Of a DNA stretch of 64,000 nt, positions 38,810 through 48,002 are shown one piece after another; position 1 is the first letter of the stretch, and each line of letters starts with the position of its first letter. The position numbers and the translations under genes were made by a program. The notes beneath the pieces were generated by a model. It was not told the DNA's origin, did not search any database, and worked only from the letters and a program-made list of their open reading frames with translations. This DNA is from an uncultured Chitinophagaceae bacterium (GTDB lineage Bacteria > Bacteroidota > Ignavibacteria > UBA10030 > UBA8401). The stretch spans positions 52,970 through 116,969 of the forward strand of contig CAYIXI010000002.1 in the NCBI GenBank assembly GCA_964367235.1, written 5' to 3'.

Positions 38810-39891
38810 AAATTTTACATAAATATATTGCTCGTCAATTTTTAAGTACAACAATTTTTGCGATTGTGGCTTTCACCATTTTATTTGTCGCAATAAATTT
38901 GATGGAAGAGCTTGATGATTTTTTAGATAAAAAAGTTTCTACCGATGTAATAATAGAATATTACATTGCCTACATTCCGGAAATTATAAAATTAATTACG
39001 CCAATTGCAGTTTTGCTTTCGAGCTTATTTACAACCGGCAAACTTACAAACACAAACGAGATTACTGCAATGAAAGCAAGTGGAATGAGTATGTTTCAAT
39101 ACTTGCGCCCAATTTTTTTTATATCGCTTGCAATTTCTCTTCTTTCAGTTTACTTCAACGGATGGATTGTGCCAGATGCAAATAAAAAGAAGTTTGCAAT
39201 TCGGCGTGAATATTTAGAAAATAGTTACACAGAGTTCAGCCGAGCAAATATTGTTTTGCAAGATGGTCCGCAAAAAATGATTTCAATAAATTATTTTGAC
39301 CGATTGCAAAATCATGGAAGCAATGCAACTATTTACGAATTTTCCGACTCAACCAGAATTTCTCCCATAAAAAGAATTGATGCAAAATTTATTTCGTTCG
39401 ACACTCTATCAAACAATTGGTTTATGGAAGATGTAATTGAAAGAAATTTTTCAAATGATAGCGAAATAGTAACTCGTTCCGTAAAATTAAATATCGGCTC
39501 GCTTCACATCACACCAATTGAAATAATTAAAAAAGAAGAGAAGCCCGACGAAATGGGATATTTTGATTTGCAAAAATTTATCGATCGGCAAGAAAGAAGT
39601 GGACACAATGTTGCGAGATGGAAAGTTGAACTTTATTCAAAAATTTCATTTCCGTTTGCAAGTTTTATTGTTGTTTTTTTTGGCGTCCCATTTGCTTACG
39701 GAAAACGACGAAGTGGCTTGGCAATTCAATTTGGGATTTCGCTTTTAATTTGCTTCATTTATTTGGCGTTTATAAAAGTTAGCCAAGTTTTTGGTTATAG
39801 CGGCGAGATGAATTCGCTATTTACTGCATGGATGGCGAATTTAATATTTTTATTTTTTGGATTAATAAATCTCGTTCGAGTTTCTAAATAA
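38806..39891 (+). CDS. lptG: LPS export ABC permease, LptG/LptF family (second paralog)
   Basis: 361 aa with TAMKASGMS motif and the same topology. Overlaps lptF by 4 nt. Confidence 0.7.
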   Translation: MKILHKYIARQFLSTTIFAIVAFTILFVAINLMEELDDFLDKKVSTDVIIEYYIAYIPEIIKLITPIAVLLSSLFTTGKLTNTNEITAMKASGMSMFQYLRPIFFISLAISLLSVYFNGWIVPDANKKKFAIRREYLENSYTEFSRANIVLQDGPQKMISINYFDRLQNHGSNATIYEFSDSTRISPIKRIDAKFISFDTLSNNWFMEDVIERNFSNDSEIVTRSVKLNIGSLHITPIEIIKKEEKPDEMGYFDLQKFIDRQERSGHNVARWKVELYSKISFPFASFIVVFFGVPFAYGKRRSGLAIQFGISLLICFIYLAFIKVSQVFGYSGEMNSLFTAWMANLIFLFFGLINLVRVSK

Positions 39892-40776
39892 TTATAATTT
39901 AACAGTTAATTTTAAAACTGGATAAATATTTTTTCTTCCCGCATAATTTATATTTTCAATTCCAATATTTGCGCTTACATTTTTATTGTAAGTTGATGTA
40001 CCGTAAACTGCATCAAGTGCGCTAACTAAATGATTTATAAATATTATTCCTGTAATTAATCCAGCATTGTAATACATTTGATTTGCTTTTCCTCTTTCGT
40101 TCATATAATCATCAACTTGTTTAGGGATATCGCTTTTAGAAAGCGCATTTCCACTGTAAGTATAATCTTTCCACCCAAATTTATATTGAATGTATTTTCC
40201 GATTAACTCAAAATATTGCTGTTCACCGTGTGCTGGCAAGTGATGAGTAAATCCTCCTTGTTTGTGCGAAGAATTTTCCCATTTATTTACATCTGACCAA
40301 CTTACTCTTTCCCACGGTTTTAAATTTGTATTTGGGTTTATGTAAATTTTTGTTGAGTCGCCATATTCGGCACCATAAATATTTATCCACTCGGCGTATT
40401 TAACAACAGACCAATTATTGTTGGCGTAATTTTTATAATCTTGAGTTTTTTTATCTCCCTCATTTTCTAAATAAAGGAATGCGGCAACCGTTGTAATTTC
40501 AATTGCGCTAAAAATAATTGATTGAGTAATTCTATCAGTTTTATATTGACCGAGCCCAGGAATTAAGAATGAGTAAGTTCCCATTAACATCGGATTTCTT
40601 CTCAATTTAATATTCGAGAAATTTTTAACTGAATCAATTTTAAAAAAGAGCAAATCTGTTTTTAAATTTCCTGAAAGGATATTTTCATCCGCAAAAGTTA
40701 ATTGCGAAAGTAATAAAATCATAAATATATTTTTCATAAGTGCCTCACTCAATTTCAAATCCAAAAAGAATTCCAA
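39892..40776 (-). CDS. Hypothetical secreted protein (possible DUF5683-like; GLGQ motif). Start likely the internal Met at about 40737.
   Basis: Signal peptide MKNIFMILLLSQLTFA and an FLIPGLGQY motif. Last gene of the porU operon. Confidence 0.35.
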   Translation of the reverse strand: MEFFLDLKLSEALMKNIFMILLLSQLTFADENILSGNLKTDLLFFKIDSVKNFSNIKLRRNPMLMGTYSFLIPGLGQYKTDRITQSIIFSAIEITTVAAFLYLENEGDKKTQDYKNYANNNWSVVKYAEWINIYGAEYGDSTKIYINPNTNLKPWERVSWSDVNKWENSSHKQGGFTHHLPAHGEQQYFELIGKYIQYKFGWKDYTYSGNALSKSDIPKQVDDYMNERGKANQMYYNAGLITGIIFINHLVSALDAVYGTSTYNKNVSANIGIENINYAGRKNIYPVLKLTVKL

Positions 40777-43768
40777 AATAATATCGCCATTGTGGCTTGT
40801 AATCTACATCTGAATTAAATCGTGTTTTAATTTTTACATCATCAAATCCATAAGTGCCATTAAAAAATATTCTGGTCGGATAGGAATAAAATGAAAATGC
40901 TTGGAGTCGTAATTCAAAACCGGCGTCGCTTTTAAAATCGCTCAATTTTGTTGAGGAATTCCACGCATTTCCAAAATCGGAGTGAAATGAACCGTAAAGT
41001 TTGTCAAATAAAATTGGACCAATTCGTGTATCGATTTTATTTAAAATTGGAAAACGCCAAGTCGCATTTAGCATTGCCATTTCATTTCCACTGATTGAAT
41101 AAAACGAGTAGCCACGCATTCCAATAAGTCCGCCCAAATAAAAATCGAAAAAGTCTGGCATTTGAGGACCGAAAATTGTTCCTCCTTTAAAAGATAAACT
41201 TAAAGTTTGATTTTTGAAAATAGAAATATGCTCTGTATGTTTTAACTCTAATTTATGAAAAATAAATTTTGAAAGTTTTGGCGAAAGACCTGTTTCGGTT
41301 GCTTCATAATCTCCGGTTGAATTGTAAAGATTAGATTCATAAGAATAAATTAAATTAAATTTTCTACCAACAGGATTTATATCGCTTACTCGAGAAGGTT
41401 TGATTGCGTTTAAATTAAAAGTAATATCAAACGCTTTTCCTTTAAAATAAATTTCGCTCGATGCTGGAACTAATAATTTAGATTCTCTTAAAACGAAAGA
41501 GCCAATATCAATTGAGTAGCGACTTATTCTATATTTTAATTTTAAAAGATCATCCGATGAAAAAAGATGGTAAGCCAATGAAGCATCAAACTCAAGCAAA
41601 CCATAATTAACATCAACTTCAATATTTTCACTTGGAAATGTTAAATCGGCTTTTGCATTTCGCGAGACATTAAACAATTCAAAATTTAAAGTTGGAGAGA
41701 TTCCCAATTGATATAAAATCGGAATTTTGTCTCGATACTCAAAAGATAAATAAACATCTCTTTCGAGCAATCGATTAAGTGTAACTCCGCCAAATAAATT
41801 ATAATGATTCACAACATCAGTCGAAAAGAAATATGTTCCAAATTTTAAATGGTCGATTGCTCCAACTTTTTTATTGTAATTGTCAAATCTAAAAACGGGA
41901 ACAAGCGATAAAGTTGTAAAAATTGTTTTATATGGATTTGAGGTTTGCTCCGAAATATTTTTGTCGTCGTAGTTAATAATATTTTGAAAATCACTTTCGG
42001 AAATATTTCGTTTTGCAAATCTCGATTGCGCATATAAGTTATTTTCATAATTATTCTTTTTGTTTTTGATTGCAAATATTTTATATCCACCTGAAGTATA
42101 ACCGGAATAATAAATTGTATCATTTTTAATTGTTGGCATAAAAGCGCCACCAACTGAATTTGTAATTTGATTTTGTTCACGAGTTTCGAAATCAAAATTA
42201 TAAATGTTAAATATTCCGCTTTTATCGCTTGCAAAGTAAAGGGTTTTTCCATCTTCGCTAAAAATTGGCGAACGATTATCAGAGTTGTCCTCTATTATAG
42301 TTTCGATTTTGCCAGTTTCGATGTTAATTAAAATTATATCCTGATTGGCTTTATCGGAAAAACCACAAACAATTTTTTTTCCATCATTCGAAAATTTTGG
42401 AGTGAAAAGTTGTTCGCCATTTTTAAATTTTGTTATGATTCGAATGCTATCATCGGAAAGGTTTTTAATTCCAAGATTTATTGTCCCATCGCGAGAGATT
42501 AAAAATGCAATTTGATTTTCATAAACTATTGGTTGACCGGCTCGTGAATTAAAAGTCAATCTCTTTTCATCTTTTGTTTGGATTGTGAATTCGTAAATAT
42601 CAAAAACTTTTGAGCCTTGCGGATTATCTTCCGATGTTCGCGAATAATATATTTTCTTTCCATCTTTTGAAAATGATATTTGGGAAGAGACTTTCATATC
42701 GAGTGACTCGAAACTATTATTTTGTAAATCGTAAATGATTATTTTTGTCTGACCTAAATAATCTCTCTCTTCGGTTGAAATAAAGAATAATTTATTACCG
42801 TCGGGAGAAACAATTGGATAAAAATTTCCAAATCCTTTATCGAATAATATCTTCCCTTCGTTTAAATTCTCTTTTATATATTTTGTTTTTTCTGAATAAT
42901 TTTGTTTTAAATACTTTTGCCAATCTTCGTAAACATCTTTTCCATTTCTTCCAACACTTAACTCAATTGCTTTATCCATCGAAACAACATTTGGCAACGA
43001 AAGTGCTCGCGATATTTTTTCAACAACATCAGTTCCGTACTTTAGAGATAAATAATTTACAAACGCAAATCCAATATTATACGATGATTCATTTCCCAAA
43101 CTTGTTTTACCAAAAGTTGATATTTCATTCCACGAAAGAATTTTATCATCAAGCGCATACATTCTTAAAATCATATCGCGATGAGAATCCCAATTATCAT
43201 AATTTAATTCTGGTCTATTATATTGCGCAACACCTTCAGCGAACCAACTCGGCACAACAAATCCAGAAATCGGATACGAAGCAATTGAATTTGGAAAACC
43301 GTACAAAACATCGGGGCGTTGTTCATTTTCGTAAGTCATCATTTGCAAATAAATTGCCGGTATTTTTCTCGAAAATTTAAAAGCCGTTTGCATCTGCACA
43401 ATATGCGTGAACTCGTGCGTAACAACATTTCGCAACCAATTGTGAGTTCCGCGAAAATCAAAATCCAGCGAAGGCGCCCATATTTCAATCTTATTATCGT
43501 AAAAATACGCGGCGCCGTTTGAGTAATCGTCAACATCTTTAATTACAAAACTAACTTTTTGGTCGGGCGTGTGATTGTAAAGCGAAGTGATTGGCAGAAA
43601 TATTTCCTCGGCAATTTTTGCAACGACCTGTGCAGTTCGCTCAGTACCGATGTGATAATTGATAAAAAAATGTTCAGTTTGGATTGTACGCCAAATTAAT
43701 TCTGAATGATTGAAATGACTCTCCTGTGCAAAGAGAAAAATTGGAATAAAAAATAAAATTTTTCTCAT
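40745..43768 (-). CDS. Large outer-membrane protein: N-terminal HExxH metallopeptidase-like domain, then PD40/TolB-like beta-propeller repeats, then C-terminal Omp85 (BamA/TamA-like) beta-barrel
   Basis: Three elements read from the sequence. A signal peptide. A VVTHEFTHIVQ zinc-binding-type motif. Repeated DGKKIY / DGKTLYFASDKSG PD40-like blades. And a C-terminal FYLGGLIGMRGYSFYSISGNEMAMLNATWRFPI resembling the BamA barrel motif (RFxaGG..RGF...lsG...lpl). Confidence 0.5.
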   Translation of the reverse strand: MRKILFFIPIFLFAQESHFNHSELIWRTIQTEHFFINYHIGTERTAQVVAKIAEEIFLPITSLYNHTPDQKVSFVIKDVDDYSNGAAYFYDNKIEIWAPSLDFDFRGTHNWLRNVVTHEFTHIVQMQTAFKFSRKIPAIYLQMMTYENEQRPDVLYGFPNSIASYPISGFVVPSWFAEGVAQYNRPELNYDNWDSHRDMILRMYALDDKILSWNEISTFGKTSLGNESSYNIGFAFVNYLSLKYGTDVVEKISRALSLPNVVSMDKAIELSVGRNGKDVYEDWQKYLKQNYSEKTKYIKENLNEGKILFDKGFGNFYPIVSPDGNKLFFISTEERDYLGQTKIIIYDLQNNSFESLDMKVSSQISFSKDGKKIYYSRTSEDNPQGSKVFDIYEFTIQTKDEKRLTFNSRAGQPIVYENQIAFLISRDGTINLGIKNLSDDSIRIITKFKNGEQLFTPKFSNDGKKIVCGFSDKANQDIILINIETGKIETIIEDNSDNRSPIFSEDGKTLYFASDKSGIFNIYNFDFETREQNQITNSVGGAFMPTIKNDTIYYSGYTSGGYKIFAIKNKKNNYENNLYAQSRFAKRNISESDFQNIINYDDKNISEQTSNPYKTIFTTLSLVPVFRFDNYNKKVGAIDHLKFGTYFFSTDVVNHYNLFGGVTLNRLLERDVYLSFEYRDKIPILYQLGISPTLNFELFNVSRNAKADLTFPSENIEVDVNYGLLEFDASLAYHLFSSDDLLKLKYRISRYSIDIGSFVLRESKLLVPASSEIYFKGKAFDITFNLNAIKPSRVSDINPVGRKFNLIYSYESNLYNSTGDYEATETGLSPKLSKFIFHKLELKHTEHISIFKNQTLSLSFKGGTIFGPQMPDFFDFYLGGLIGMRGYSFYSISGNEMAMLNATWRFPILNKIDTRIGPILFDKLYGSFHSDFGNAWNSSTKLSDFKSDAGFELRLQAFSFYSYPTRIFFNGTYGFDDVKIKTRFNSDVDYKPQWRYYFGILFGFEIE

Positions 43769-46700
43769 TTACTTTACAATTGCAATTTTAATGATTGCCG
43801 TTTCAGATTTGCTCGATGAGTTTGCTTCTATTTTTGCGATGTAAACGCCAGTTTGATATTTTGTTGCATCCCAAATTATTTCGTTGTCAGTTCCGCCGTA
43901 ACCTGTGCCACGAAGTTCCTCAAGAATTTCTCCATTGGGAGATAATATTTTTATTTTTACTTCGGAGTTTTCTCTCAAATAATATCTGATTTGAGTTTTG
44001 CCATCGTAAACTGGGTTTGGCCAATTGTAAGCATATTCTTTTGGCAGAAGATTTTGAGTGCGAAATGTTTTTTGCTTTGATTGCGAAAAATAATTTGAGT
44101 TTTTTTCATCTCCCAAAATTCCATTCCAAATTATTTTGAAATCTTTAAAAGTTGAAGACAAATCCCAAATATGAATTGTTGAATCGATTGTTGCGACACC
44201 AAGTTTATTTCCAAAAATAAATGGTGATGAAGAAATTGATGTTGCTTGCAAAGGAAAACCAGAAATCATTTTTCCATTTTGACCGATTGCATAAAGATGT
44301 CCATTCGAACTTCCGAATAATATTATTTGTTCGGAATTATTATTTTCTATTACAAGTGGCGTTCCAATAATATTTCCATCATCTTTTGTTTGGAAAGGGA
44401 AATTAGAAATCGACACACCTTGTTTATTAAAAGAAAATAATTTATCTCCATCTGCAATTAATATATCTGCATCGCCATCACTATCGCAATCTGCAAAAGC
44501 AATACCACTCGAAACAGATTTTACATTTGGCGAAAAATTATATTTTGGGTTTTCTGCAATCGAACGAATTAATATTTTTCCATCTTCAAAAACAAAAACT
44601 CCAATCAACTCAGTTTTATCATTCTCGATAATTTTAAAAAATGATGCATCAGAAATATTTTTATTTGAGATGAAATATTTCGCATTTTCAAAAACAATTT
44701 CGTTTTGTAAAACAACAATCAACGAGCCATCAATGTTTGCAATTTTTGTCGCTACAAAATTATTTATTTTTGTAACATTTGGCGCATCGGCAGAGCAGTC
44801 AATTTTGTAAATCCCTTCATTTGTCGGGACGATTATATCGCTATTAAAAATAAGTGATGAGCCAATAATTTTTTTAGGAATTGGAATTTTGTTTACTGAA
44901 ACCGAAAGATTGTTTTCAGTTCTAATTAAAAAAATATTCGAATCTTTTGAAGCAATGATGTCCTTGTTTGTTCGTTGGATTTTCGTACAAAAATTATTTA
45001 CAAATGACGGATGAAATTCCGAACCAATATTTAAAATTGAAAATGATTGCGAAAATGAATTTAGATTTTCGTCCAATACAAAGATTGAATCGCCACTACT
45101 ATAAATCAATTCTGATTTTCCATCATTGTTCAAATCTACTGTTGTTGGCTGATTATTTTTACTTGCGGTAATATTTTTATGTTTTATAATTTTTGCAAGA
45201 TTAATAGAATTTTCAAATGATTCTATTTTGAAACTCATTTTACTTCCAGATTTTGAAAAATCTTTCAAAGTAATATTTGTTTTTCCAAAACTATTGCTCA
45301 ACGAATTTGGGGTTGAGTTGTTTGAAAATATATTTTTAAATTGTGGAGCAATATTTCCATCAAACCAAAAATCATAAGGTGTTCCCTCTTCGCTTCCAAG
45401 CCCTGCGCTAATAAATCCGTAAGTCTCTCCAATATCCTGTGAGCCATCTGCTTCTTCAACATCAACTCCACGATTGAATTTATCATTATTTATTGTGTTA
45501 GATGAAATATTTTTATTTATGATATTTTCATCAATATGCCAAATTAAAATTCCACCCGATAGATTATAAGATTTAGAAATATATCCTGGCAAACTCCAAT
45601 CTAAATTATCAATATCAACAATTACTCCGTAAAGCGAATCAACAATTGAGTTTGTTCCATTCAATGAATCGTACAAAAATCTTTTTTTCTCCTCAATAAT
45701 ACCATTTCTGATTGTAACAATTACTCCATCATTTTCGGGATCACGATTTCTATTTTCTAAAAGAAAATATTCTTTCGAATTTATTGGAATTTTAATCACA
45801 CTATCTTCAACAAGCGAGCCACCAACTGATGAAATTGAAATTGTTGTATCAGTTTTAAAAATAGAAATTGGATTTATCCAACCTAAAAAATATTTTTCCC
45901 AAGCTGATGGCTCTGGTGGAGAAATTCCACTCAAACTAAACATCGCTTGTCCATCCATCAAACCAAAACGACCAATTGCTGATCGACCGGTTTTTGTATC
46001 AAACAAATCGGGCAATCCGAGATGCGATGCGATTGAACTTGTTAAAATTCCGTTGATTGAAAGTTGCAGTAAAAAAGTTCCGCCAAACGAAGCAAGTTCG
46101 CGGCTTTCCGTTTCGGGCAAAATTGCACTATTCGTAATTTTAAAATCAGGTTGATTTTTCAATATGATTCCGTTAAAATCGTTTCCGTAAATATTTTTAA
46201 AACTGGAATGCGAAAAATAAATTGAAGGCAAATCAAGCGGAGTTGGATTGTAACCGTACAGCGAAACCAAATCGATATCAAGCCCAACGCCTGCATGAAA
46301 AATTACAAACATGTCGTAATTTTTGAAATTGAATTGCGGCAAAATTGAATCGGCTTTTTGCCAAGATTCGATGATCATTTCGCTCAGTCCGATTTTATTT
46401 TGAGATGGAGAATACGACTGCATATTTTTTGATAGCAATACAACTGATGGAAATACTTCGGAAGTTATTTTTAATTTATTATTTGATGAGCGAGCAAAAT
46501 AATTTTTTGCAAATTCTAAATGATTCGAAAAATATACTGCATCATGTGGCGGTGGATCAATAATCTTTTGAAGGTTTTTTGTTAGATCAAAATTTCCTGT
46601 TCCGGTTGTTTTAGAGTCATCATCAGTTTGGAATTCAACACGAAGCGCAAGAATTTTTAAAGAATCGCGAAATTGAATTTTCGATTTATTTATAATTAGT

Positions 46701-46804
46701 TCTTTTGCTCGAAGTGAATGATTGAAACTAATTTTCTCTTTTGCTAAAATGAAATTAGTTAAAGAGAAAAAAAACAAAACAAATAATATCTTTTTAAAAA
46801 TCAT
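43769..46804 (-). CDS. T9SS C-terminal-domain (CTD) cargo protein: N-terminal M6/InhA-like domain with an apparently degenerate metal site, FG-GAP/VCBS calcium-binding repeats, and a Por_Secre_tail sorting domain
   Basis: Signal peptide. RVEFQTDDD and SSIASHLGLPDLFD resemble M6 immune-inhibitor-A motifs but lack HExxH. DLNNDGKSELIYSSGD and DCDSDGDADILIADGD are FG-GAP/VCBS-like. The C-terminal approximately 80 aa (...GVYIAKIEANSSSKSETAIIKIAIVK) are a T9SS type-A CTD. Confidence 0.55.
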   Translation of the reverse strand: MIFKKILFVLFFFSLTNFILAKEKISFNHSLRAKELIINKSKIQFRDSLKILALRVEFQTDDDSKTTGTGNFDLTKNLQKIIDPPPHDAVYFSNHLEFAKNYFARSSNNKLKITSEVFPSVVLLSKNMQSYSPSQNKIGLSEMIIESWQKADSILPQFNFKNYDMFVIFHAGVGLDIDLVSLYGYNPTPLDLPSIYFSHSSFKNIYGNDFNGIILKNQPDFKITNSAILPETESRELASFGGTFLLQLSINGILTSSIASHLGLPDLFDTKTGRSAIGRFGLMDGQAMFSLSGISPPEPSAWEKYFLGWINPISIFKTDTTISISSVGGSLVEDSVIKIPINSKEYFLLENRNRDPENDGVIVTIRNGIIEEKKRFLYDSLNGTNSIVDSLYGVIVDIDNLDWSLPGYISKSYNLSGGILIWHIDENIINKNISSNTINNDKFNRGVDVEEADGSQDIGETYGFISAGLGSEEGTPYDFWFDGNIAPQFKNIFSNNSTPNSLSNSFGKTNITLKDFSKSGSKMSFKIESFENSINLAKIIKHKNITASKNNQPTTVDLNNDGKSELIYSSGDSIFVLDENLNSFSQSFSILNIGSEFHPSFVNNFCTKIQRTNKDIIASKDSNIFLIRTENNLSVSVNKIPIPKKIIGSSLIFNSDIIVPTNEGIYKIDCSADAPNVTKINNFVATKIANIDGSLIVVLQNEIVFENAKYFISNKNISDASFFKIIENDKTELIGVFVFEDGKILIRSIAENPKYNFSPNVKSVSSGIAFADCDSDGDADILIADGDKLFSFNKQGVSISNFPFQTKDDGNIIGTPLVIENNNSEQIILFGSSNGHLYAIGQNGKMISGFPLQATSISSSPFIFGNKLGVATIDSTIHIWDLSSTFKDFKIIWNGILGDEKNSNYFSQSKQKTFRTQNLLPKEYAYNWPNPVYDGKTQIRYYLRENSEVKIKILSPNGEILEELRGTGYGGTDNEIIWDATKYQTGVYIAKIEANSSSKSETAIIKIAIVK

Positions 46805-46806
46805 TT

Positions 46807-47949
46807 TTATGGCTTAATCGCATCCCACAAAATTGAAAGTGTAAATCTCAAAGTATCCGACAAAGGATGTTTTTCTTCTTCAGTTGCGATGTAACTAAAA
46901 TCAAATCCATAAATATCCCATCGGATTCCTGCACCGAAAGTTTTAAATCTTCTATTTCCAAAATCGGGGTCTTCGTAAAAATATCCAGCTCGTAGTGCAA
47001 TTAATTTCGGGTTGCCGTACCAATATTCAATTCCGATTGAAGAAATTATCGAACGCAATTCTTCGCTTTTCGGATCATCCATCCAAGAAGTAATAATCGC
47101 TTTATAAAAAGGATCGTTGTAATCTCGTTCACGATCGGTTTCAATAATTCCATTACCATCTAAATCTTTACCAGATTGAACAAGCAATTTGCTAAAATCC
47201 AAAACTACATTCATCATATTGTAATCATCAAACTCAGCCTGATAACCGAAACCGAGTCGCAAATTTGTTGGAAGCGGATCTGCCTGATCTTCATCAATAT
47301 AAGTTACTGTCGGACCTAAGTTTGAAAGATTCATTCCGAGACTAAAATTATCTTCCAAATCTAAATCAATTAAAGGAATGATAAGATTTTGTGGACGATA
47401 CAAAAGCCCCAAATCAAAGCTCCAATCGTAAGCAATTCCGCTACCTTTTTCCTGTCCAGCGCCAAATGGTGCGAGCCGAGAATTTATAAATCGCGCATTG
47501 AGACCCAAACTTAGCGCGTCGGTAACTTTTGTGCCGTAGCCGACTGTGATTGCATATTCGAAAGATTTGAATCGCTCGATTTCTTCGGGACCAGTTTCAT
47601 CAGTTCGGATAAATTCTCCAAGATTTAAATATGTAATACTTGTTGCGAAAGTTCCGCCGAGATCTGGCAAATCTTTTCTGTAATTCAAGTATGAATAAAA
47701 TAAATCTTTCATTTGAAATTGAGGAAGCCAACTTGAATGTGTTATACTGACTTCGGTTCCGGTTAATTGAGCAAGCCCGGCGGGATTCCAAAATAATGCC
47801 GAAGCATCATCGGCTAATGCGGTACCTGCCTCACCCATTCCGCTCATTCGCGAGTTTGGTCCGATTAATAAAAATGGGACTGCGGAAGTTTTCACTTGCG
47901 CAAAAAGTGGAAACGAAAATAAAATTACAAAATATATTTTTTTAAGCAT
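46807..47949 (-). CDS. porV: T9SS outer-membrane beta-barrel PorV (LptO) family
   Basis: Signal peptide then AVPFLLIGPNSRMSGMGEAGTALADDASALFWNPAGLA, the conserved PorV/PorQ N-terminal motif. Lies immediately downstream of porU, as in the canonical porU-porV operon. Confidence 0.65.
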   Translation of the reverse strand: MLKKIYFVILFSFPLFAQVKTSAVPFLLIGPNSRMSGMGEAGTALADDASALFWNPAGLAQLTGTEVSITHSSWLPQFQMKDLFYSYLNYRKDLPDLGGTFATSITYLNLGEFIRTDETGPEEIERFKSFEYAITVGYGTKVTDALSLGLNARFINSRLAPFGAGQEKGSGIAYDWSFDLGLLYRPQNLIIPLIDLDLEDNFSLGMNLSNLGPTVTYIDEDQADPLPTNLRLGFGYQAEFDDYNMMNVVLDFSKLLVQSGKDLDGNGIIETDRERDYNDPFYKAIITSWMDDPKSEELRSIISSIGIEYWYGNPKLIALRAGYFYEDPDFGNRRFKTFGAGIRWDIYGFDFSYIATEEEKHPLSDTLRFTLSILWDAIKP

Positions 47950-48002
47950 TAAAATGTTACTCCTTTAGTGTGTTAAAATAGTTAAATAAGTTTTAATCTT
48001 CA

